55,901 nucleotides of DNA. Origin: a virus. The stretch is from the IMG/VR virus record IMGVR_UViG_3300014039_000007, positions 1-55,901 of that record. One strand, given 5' to 3'. The notes beneath the pieces are model-generated. The model was given only the letters and a program-made list of their open reading frames with translations, did no database searches and was not told the DNA's origin. Numbering within the stretch: position 1 is the first letter of the stretch; every line of letters starts with the position of its first letter. Below are positions 50,349-55,901 of this stretch, piece by piece. A program made the translations under genes and the position numbers.

Positions 50349-50632
50349 TGAAAATTTATATATCAGGTAAAATAACAGGAACAATAGATTATATACAAAG
50401 ATTTGAGAGAGCAGAAAAAGCTCTCTCAAAATATACAGTAATCAATCCAGCTAAAGTAAATGCACAACTTCTCACTGAAACAACGTGGGAAGAATATATG
50501 CAAATGTCAATGACTATGTTAAAAATGTGTAATGCTATTTATATGCTAAAAGGTTGGGAAGATAGTAAAGGCGCAAGAATAGAATATAATTATGCGATTG
50601 AGAATAATTATAAAATAATTTTTGAAAAATAA
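50345..50632 (+). CDS. DUF4406 / nucleoside 2-deoxyribosyltransferase-like protein
   Basis: MKIYISGKITG...MCNAIYMLKGWEDSKGARIEYNYA. ATGA overlap with yhhQ. Confidence 0.65.
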   Translation: MMKIYISGKITGTIDYIQRFERAEKALSKYTVINPAKVNAQLLTETTWEEYMQMSMTMLKMCNAIYMLKGWEDSKGARIEYNYAIENNYKIIFEK

Positions 50633-50650
50633 ACAGAAAGGAGAAATACA

Positions 50651-52042
50651 TTGAATTATGATGAATTTCTAAAAACAAAAATAGAGCAATTCAAGCCTTG
50701 CGGCTTTGATTGTGAACCATCAAACGAAAATCTATTTGATTTTCAAAGAGCTATTGTAAAGATAGCACTTAAAAGAGGAAAATCTGCATTGTTTCTTGAT
50801 ACAGGACTTGGTAAAACAATATGCCAGTTATCGTGGGCAGATGAAGTGTACAGACACACAGGAGGAAATGTACTTATACTTGCCCCACTTGCTGTATCTA
50901 TACAGACTAAAAGAGAAGGGGAAAAATTCGGGATTGATGTAAATATCTGTAGGTCGCAAGAAGATGTAAAAGACGGAATCAACATTACGAATTATGAAAT
51001 GCTAGACCATTTTAATGCTGATGAATTTGTTGGAGTTGTACTTGACGAAAGTTCAATACTTAAATCATATAGTGGAAAGATAAAGACTGGAATTATAGAT
51101 AAATTTGAGAATGTGCCTTATAAACTATCTTGTACAGCTACACCATCTCCAAACGATACAATGGAACTATTAAATCAAGCTGAGTTTTTAAATGTATTAA
51201 AATCACACGAAGCACTAGCTGTTTGGTTTGTTACTGACCAAACTGCAATGGGAGCATATAGATTAAAGTATCACGCTGAAGATGATTTTTGGACTTGGGT
51301 ATCAAGCTGGGCAGTTCTTTTAAAAAAGCCGTCAGATTTAGGATTTAATGATGATGGTTACGATTTACCTCCATTGCATGAGAAAGATGTTATAATTCCC
51401 GTATCCTTGAAGAGTGAGGAAAAGGGAAGATTGTTACGAAAAGTTGAAATGTCAGCAACAAACTTCTATAAGGAAAAGAAACTAATTACAGATGAAAGAA
51501 TAAAAAAGATTGCTGAAATAGCAAATAGTACAGATGAACAGTATCTAATATGGTGTGATACAAACGAAGAGAGTTCATTGTTACACAAAGCTATTGAGGG
51601 AAGTGTTGAGGTTAAGGGTTCAGATAAGCCCGAACACAAGGAGCAATCAAGTCTTGATTTTAAATCAGGAAAAATAAGAGTGCTTATATCAAAAGTATCT
51701 ATTTTTGGGTTCGGCTTGAATTTTCAGAATTGCACAAAATGTATTTTTTGCGGATTGAATTATTCATATGAAAAATACTATCAAGCAGTTAGGAGATTAT
51801 ACAGATTTGGACAGACAAAGGAAGTAACGGTGTATAGAGTTTTAGGCTCAACAGAAAGTCATATTCTTAATATATTGACTGACAAATATAGAAAGCAAGA
51901 GGATATGCAGGAGCATATGAACAAATGCACAAATAAACTTATACTTGACGAAATGAATGGCAATAGAAAATTCAAGTTGAGCGAACAAAATACGGAAAAT
52001 ATAAGTTTTCCTAGTTGGTTAAAGGAGGAAACATATGAATAG
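50651..52042 (+). CDS. SF2 (DEAD/SNF2-like) helicase coupled to the methyltransferase
   Basis: LDTGLGKT and VLDESS. TTG start after AAAGGAG. Overlaps the next gene by 8 nt. Confidence 0.75.
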   Translation: MNYDEFLKTKIEQFKPCGFDCEPSNENLFDFQRAIVKIALKRGKSALFLDTGLGKTICQLSWADEVYRHTGGNVLILAPLAVSIQTKREGEKFGIDVNICRSQEDVKDGINITNYEMLDHFNADEFVGVVLDESSILKSYSGKIKTGIIDKFENVPYKLSCTATPSPNDTMELLNQAEFLNVLKSHEALAVWFVTDQTAMGAYRLKYHAEDDFWTWVSSWAVLLKKPSDLGFNDDGYDLPPLHEKDVIIPVSLKSEEKGRLLRKVEMSATNFYKEKKLITDERIKKIAEIANSTDEQYLIWCDTNEESSLLHKAIEGSVEVKGSDKPEHKEQSSLDFKSGKIRVLISKVSIFGFGLNFQNCTKCIFCGLNYSYEKYYQAVRRLYRFGQTKEVTVYRVLGSTESHILNILTDKYRKQEDMQEHMNKCTNKLILDEMNGNRKFKLSEQNTENISFPSWLKEETYE

Positions 52043-52949
52043 TGTAGTTAAAAATGATTATGCAATCTATAATGGAGATTGCGTAGAGTTGATGAAAACA
52101 ATGCCAGATGAAAGTATCGACTTTTCCGTATTTTCGCCACCATTCGTAAATCTGTATATTTATAGTGATGATTTACGAGATATGGGAAATTGTAAAGATA
52201 GTGGAGAGTTCTTTCAGCAAATGCAGTTTATGACAGAACAGTTGCACAGAATATTAAGGACAGGCAGGCTTGTAGCAGTTCATTGCAAGAATACAGTCAA
52301 ATATAAAAATCGTGACGGAGTTGCAGGCTGGTACGATTTTAGAGGAGATTTAATTCGACATTTTGAAAACAACGGCTTTCAGTATCATTCAGAGGTGTGC
52401 ATCTGGACTGACCCTGTAAGAGAAATGCAGAAAACAAAAACACAGAGATTGTTATATTGTCAGTTGCAGAGAGATGCAAGTCATACGGGAATTGGTATGC
52501 CAGAATATCTTGTAATTTTTAGAAAGTGGGGAGATGAAAGTAAAGAAATCCCTATTAAGCATTATAAGAATGAAAAGCAGATGGAAGACGATAATGGAGA
52601 ACCACTACAATTAGTTGACCTTGAAACTTGGCAGAGATATGCAAGCCCTGTTTGGTTCGATATTAAACGTACAGACGTATTAAGTGGAAAGATGGCTAGG
52701 GATGAAAAAGATGAAAAGCATATTTGCCCATTACAATTAGAGGTTATTCAGAGAGCGGTTGAGTTGTGGACTAATCCGGGAGAAGTAGTATTTACCCCAT
52801 TTATGGGTATTGGTTCAGAAGTATATCAGAGCTTGAAACTTCACAGAAGAGCCATAGGAGTTGAATTAAAAGAAAGCTATTTTAATCAAGCGGCTGAAAA
52901 TTGCAAAATGGCAATATCAGATAGAGTAGAAAGAAAGAAATTATTTTAA
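52035..52949 (+). CDS. DNA methyltransferase (N4/N6, beta-class order)
   Basis: FSPPF catalytic motif near the N-terminus. SAM motif TPFMGIGSE near the C-terminus. Confidence 0.8.
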   Translation: MNSVVKNDYAIYNGDCVELMKTMPDESIDFSVFSPPFVNLYIYSDDLRDMGNCKDSGEFFQQMQFMTEQLHRILRTGRLVAVHCKNTVKYKNRDGVAGWYDFRGDLIRHFENNGFQYHSEVCIWTDPVREMQKTKTQRLLYCQLQRDASHTGIGMPEYLVIFRKWGDESKEIPIKHYKNEKQMEDDNGEPLQLVDLETWQRYASPVWFDIKRTDVLSGKMARDEKDEKHICPLQLEVIQRAVELWTNPGEVVFTPFMGIGSEVYQSLKLHRRAIGVELKESYFNQAAENCKMAISDRVERKKLF

Positions 52950-52961
52950 GGAGGAAACAAA

Positions 52962-54056
52962 ATGAAAGTAGTAACAAGCAGAATGAAAGAAGCAGTAAAC
53001 AAATCAATAAAAGGAGCAGGATTTAATAATCTTATTCCTATTACATCCATGATTGGTATTAAATTATCAGATGGAAAGTTAAGATTGCTTACCACAGATA
53101 TGACTAATACATTATGTATTATAATTGACAAGGTAGCCGGAGATGATATGGACATTACAGTTGACGCGGATAAGTTTGGAAAGTTAATAGCTAAGACCAC
53201 ATCCGAGGATATTGATTTATCTGTAAAAGATGATGTACTTTTTGTAAAAGCAAACGGAACTTATAAGATTCCATTGATTTCAGACGAGGAAGGACTTATT
53301 TCATTCCCGGATATTAAGTTAATGGATGATAAGAATGTACAGTGTTCAACCAAACTTTCAAGTGTTATGCAAGCATATAATATCAATAAATCAGCACTTG
53401 CAAAGACATTGGAAAATCCAGCTCTTACAGGATATTATTGTGGAGATACTGTTATTTCAACGGACGCAAATGTAATCACATTCAATGGGTTTAAGATGTT
53501 TGACAACGAAGAACCTATTCTTATCTCCGCCCAGCAGATGCAGTTATTGACATTGAATACAAAGGAAGATATTGATGTTTATATTGGAAAAACAAGTATT
53601 CAGTTCGTGACAGAAGATGTGGTTATTGACGGGGCATTGATGGAAGGAATTGAAGATTTCCCTGCAAATGAAGTAAATGCATACTTAGATGAAGCTTTTA
53701 CATCTTCCTGCAAAGTACCGAAAGATTTGCTTCTTTCCGTACTTGATAGACTTGCATTATTCATTGAGCCTTATGACAAGAACGGAGCTTATTTCACATT
53801 TGGTAGAAAGGGTATCAATATTCACAGTAAAAAGGACGCTTCTACAGAAACTATCAATTATGTGGAAAGTAAAGATTTTGAGCCTTTTGTGTGTTGTGTA
53901 GATATTCCAATGTTAAAAGAACAGTTGCAGGCTAATCCAGCTGATACAGTCAAGATTTGCTATGGAAATGAAAATGCGCTAAAAATTGAAAGTGGAAAAG
54001 TAACACAGGTTATAGCATTGCTTGAGGATGAAGAACTTGACAATATGAATGAATAA
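52962..54056 (+). CDS. dnaN: DNA polymerase III beta sliding clamp-like protein
   Basis: 364 aa. N-terminal pattern ...IPITSMIGIKLSDGKLRLLTTDMT resembles DnaN. Confidence 0.65.
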   Translation: MKVVTSRMKEAVNKSIKGAGFNNLIPITSMIGIKLSDGKLRLLTTDMTNTLCIIIDKVAGDDMDITVDADKFGKLIAKTTSEDIDLSVKDDVLFVKANGTYKIPLISDEEGLISFPDIKLMDDKNVQCSTKLSSVMQAYNINKSALAKTLENPALTGYYCGDTVISTDANVITFNGFKMFDNEEPILISAQQMQLLTLNTKEDIDVYIGKTSIQFVTEDVVIDGALMEGIEDFPANEVNAYLDEAFTSSCKVPKDLLLSVLDRLALFIEPYDKNGAYFTFGRKGINIHSKKDASTETINYVESKDFEPFVCCVDIPMLKEQLQANPADTVKICYGNENALKIESGKVTQVIALLEDEELDNMNE

Positions 54057-54117
54057 TGTTATACTTAATATTGACAAAAATCATTGGCAATATTATCGTC
54101 CCTCTCTTTACGTTGTT

Positions 54118-54156
54118 GTATGCACCTTATAGAAATATAGGGTGCATATTTTTTTG
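54118..54156 (+). terminator. rho-independent terminator
   Basis: ATGCACC / GGTGCAT stem, extendable, followed by TTTTTTT. Confidence 0.8.
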
Positions 54157-54175
54157 AAAAAATTTTAAAAATCAC

Positions 54176-54204
54176 TTGACATCTATATTTGTATGTGTTA
54201 CAAT
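54176..54204 (+). promoter_or_regulatory. early promoter copy P6
   Basis: TTGACA 54176-81, TACAAT 54199-204. Confidence 0.75.
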
Positions 54205-54246
54205 ATAGAAAAGTTAAAGATAACATATTAAAGGAGGATATATATT

Positions 54247-54402
54247 ATGATACAGACAAAATTAAAAATGATGAGTGAGGAACAGATGAGAGCTACAGAA
54301 CATAAATTAAATATAACAGGTTGGAAAAAGACCAATGATTGTATGTGGTGTAAAATATATAAATTAAGAGAAATGGAGATAGTTTTATCCAGAGAATATT
54401 AA
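54247..54402 (+). CDS. small protein (51 aa) after P6
   Basis: AAAGGAGG RBS. Below the ORF-track cutoff. Confidence 0.4.
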   Translation: MIQTKLKMMSEEQMRATEHKLNITGWKKTNDCMWCKIYKLREMEIVLSREY

Positions 54403-54437
54403 ATAAAAAGTGAAGCGATAACACTTAAAACACTATT
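54403..54437 (+). repeat. second copy of the 34-nt element (see 43578..43611)
   Basis: One mismatch relative to the first copy. Confidence 0.7.
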
Positions 54438-54461
54438 CATAAAGGAGGAATAAATGACTAA

Positions 54462-55259
54462 ATGAGCAGAAGATTATTAAACTTGATAAACAACAATCAG
54501 CCAGAACTTCCAGCAAATAAGAAGTTCTTATCTGATGTTATGAGCTGTATTGAAAGAATGGAGCAGGAAGGTAGAAGAAAAGGAAGCAATTATTATAAGC
54601 CATCTTCCTTACATTGTATGAGAAATATGTATTTTACAAGAACAAAAGCCCCAACTGACCCAGAGGTTGTAGAATATAATTCCACAGGAATGGCGGATAC
54701 TGGTACAGACAGACATGAAAGAATACAGAATGTATTATTACATATGCAGGAGATGGGATATGATTGGAAATATCTTGATGTTGCTGAATATGTTAAACAG
54801 AAACAGAAGTTTGGAAAATGTAAATCCTTGATTGTAAAAGGTACACAGGGAGCAGAAACACATCTTATAGATACTGTATTAAATCTATCTTTTAGATGTG
54901 ATGGTATCATAAGGAGAATATCTACAAATGAGGATTATCTCTTTGAGTTTAAGAATGTTGTATCATTCAAATTTAATCAGTTAGATAATCATTGCTTGGA
55001 ACAACATCATAATCAGGTTATCTGTTACTGCACAGCTTTAGACTTAGATAAGGCTTTTGTTACTTACGAAAATCGTGATATATGCACGCTTGAAGTTCCT
55101 GAAGTATTTGAAGTTACACAGGATATGAAGAACTGGCTTGTGAATTATATAAGCGAATGTGAGGGCTATGTGGAAAGAATGATAGCACCTCCAAGAACAG
55201 AAGATACAAAGAATTGTAAATATTGCCCTTATAAGGGAATATGTAGAAAGGTGGGATAA
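54462..55259 (+). CDS. Cas4/RecB-like PD-(D/E)XK exonuclease with Cys cluster
   Basis: N-terminal Cys (SSLHCMRN) plus C-terminal CKYCPYKGIC. RCDGII...LFEFKNV nuclease core. Confidence 0.65.
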   Translation: MSRRLLNLINNNQPELPANKKFLSDVMSCIERMEQEGRRKGSNYYKPSSLHCMRNMYFTRTKAPTDPEVVEYNSTGMADTGTDRHERIQNVLLHMQEMGYDWKYLDVAEYVKQKQKFGKCKSLIVKGTQGAETHLIDTVLNLSFRCDGIIRRISTNEDYLFEFKNVVSFKFNQLDNHCLEQHHNQVICYCTALDLDKAFVTYENRDICTLEVPEVFEVTQDMKNWLVNYISECEGYVERMIAPPRTEDTKNCKYCPYKGICRKVG

Positions 55260-55261
55260 TA

Positions 55262-55606
55262 ATGATATTTGGAATTAAGACAAAGAAGGACAAACGAATC
55301 GAAGAATTGCAGGTAATTAATAAAGAACTGCAAAACGCACTTGAAGAAGAAAAGATGAGAAAACAATCAACACAGTTCATTCAAGTACCTTGTGAAACGG
55401 TCACATTCAGAGCTAATTATGATGTGTTTGATGAAGAGGATAGATTAAGACAATTACCTAAATCTGAATCAGAGTACATTAAATCTGTATTAGCTACACA
55501 GCTCATACATGCTATTAAAGACCATTTGTATATTGAAACAGAAAGAGTTCCTTATATGAATGTTACAAAATATACAACAAGACTTGAGGTGGTGATTAAG
55601 AAATGA
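55262..55606 (+). CDS. hypothetical protein (114 aa)
   Basis: ORF track. Confidence 0.5.
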   Translation: MIFGIKTKKDKRIEELQVINKELQNALEEEKMRKQSTQFIQVPCETVTFRANYDVFDEEDRLRQLPKSESEYIKSVLATQLIHAIKDHLYIETERVPYMNVTKYTTRLEVVIKK

Positions 55607-55901
55607 TATATATAGGTATTGACCCGGGAAAGAATGGAGGCATTGCATTTATTAGTGATTCTTTTGATACTCCACTTGTATATCCATTTTCAGAAGAAGT
55701 TTTAATTAAAGAATTAAACGCTACTTATAGAGATTATGACATGAAGTGTGTGCTGGAAAAAGTAAATGCTATGCCTGGACAGGGAGTTGTATCAATGTTT
55801 AATTTCGGTCAGAATTTCGGTTTTATTCAAGGTGTATTAAAAGCATATAGAATACCGTTTGAATTAGTATCGCCTCAGAAGTGGAAAAAGGAATTTAGTG
55901 T
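55603..55901 (+). CDS. RuvC-like Holliday junction resolvase, N-terminal part (continues at 87..231 after removing the overlap)
   Basis: ATG 55603 (ATGA overlap). MIYIGIDPGKNGG. In frame with nt 1. Confidence 0.8.
   Translation, partial: MIYIGIDPGKNGGIAFISDSFDTPLVYPFSEEVLIKELNATYRDYDMKCVLEKVNAMPGQGVVSMFNFGQNFGFIQGVLKAYRIPFELVSPQKWKKEFS

Noticed and set aside
4471-54210. The repeated ~45-60-nt elements as a CRISPR-like or MITE-like repeat family.
   Set aside because: The copies are kilobases apart. Each reads as a complete sigma-A promoter in one orientation upstream of a gene. There are no regularly spaced repeats or terminal inverted repeats.

Overview
The window is one complete, circularly closed or circularly permuted genome. 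The unit is 55,815 bp, and the first 86 nt are repeated at 55816..55901. It belongs to an AT-rich tailed dsDNA phage with siphovirus-type morphogenesis genes. The host is probably a low-GC Gram-positive bacterium, possibly a spore-forming Clostridia-type host. All credible genes are on the + strand. I recognised no integrase or repressor, so a virulent lifestyle is likely.

Gene layout:
- 1-11.9 kb: early and replication-accessory genes. These include a RuvC-like resolvase, a frameshifted MazG-like gene, YopX, a RecA-like recombinase, a GIY-YIG homing endonuclease next to a three-subunit clamp loader, and a SleB-like hydrolase.
- 12.0-29.6 kb: packaging, head and tail genes (TerS, TerL, portal, head morphogenesis protein, scaffold, major capsid, tape measure, receptor-binding protein).
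- 29.6-31.1 kb: lysis cassette (amidase and Dp-1-type holin).
- 31.2-33.8 kb: an insulated accessory cassette.
- 33.8-55.8 kb: second replication and DNA-modification block. It holds two SF2 helicases, a replisome organizer with an embedded iteron origin, a DnaC-like loader, DnaB, primase, a tRNA and tRNA-like cluster, a gp32-like SSB, PolA plus a second GIY-YIG endonuclease, DpdA-like plus YhhQ plus DUF4406, an MTase, a beta clamp and a Cas4-like nuclease.

Most notable observations:
1. A promoter-driven ~140-nt RNA with two interleaved long helices and a 31-codon hydrophobic ORF sits in front of the replication-initiator gene.
2. A precursor-scavenging 7-deazaguanine DNA-modification module (DpdA-like plus YhhQ importer) has no preQ0 biosynthesis genes. 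A hairpin in front of it can pair with the yhhQ SD.
3. Both homing endonuclease genes sit at the extreme end of an essential replisome gene and are flanked by a diverged duplicate of that gene end.
4. The post-lysis cassette encodes proteins that resemble spore-coat and exosporium proteins.
5. A tRNA region holds one canonical tRNA-Gln and two tRNA-like elements for which I could not fold an anticodon arm.
6. A family of near-identical early promoters shares a conserved palindromic spacer.
7. A 364-bp non-coding array of TGTATATACA palindromes lies upstream of the capsid operon.
8. Three ORF disruptions lie exactly in simple-sequence repeats, and one gene carries an in-frame TGA.

All functional calls come from motif recognition by eye. 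None has been verified by a database search.
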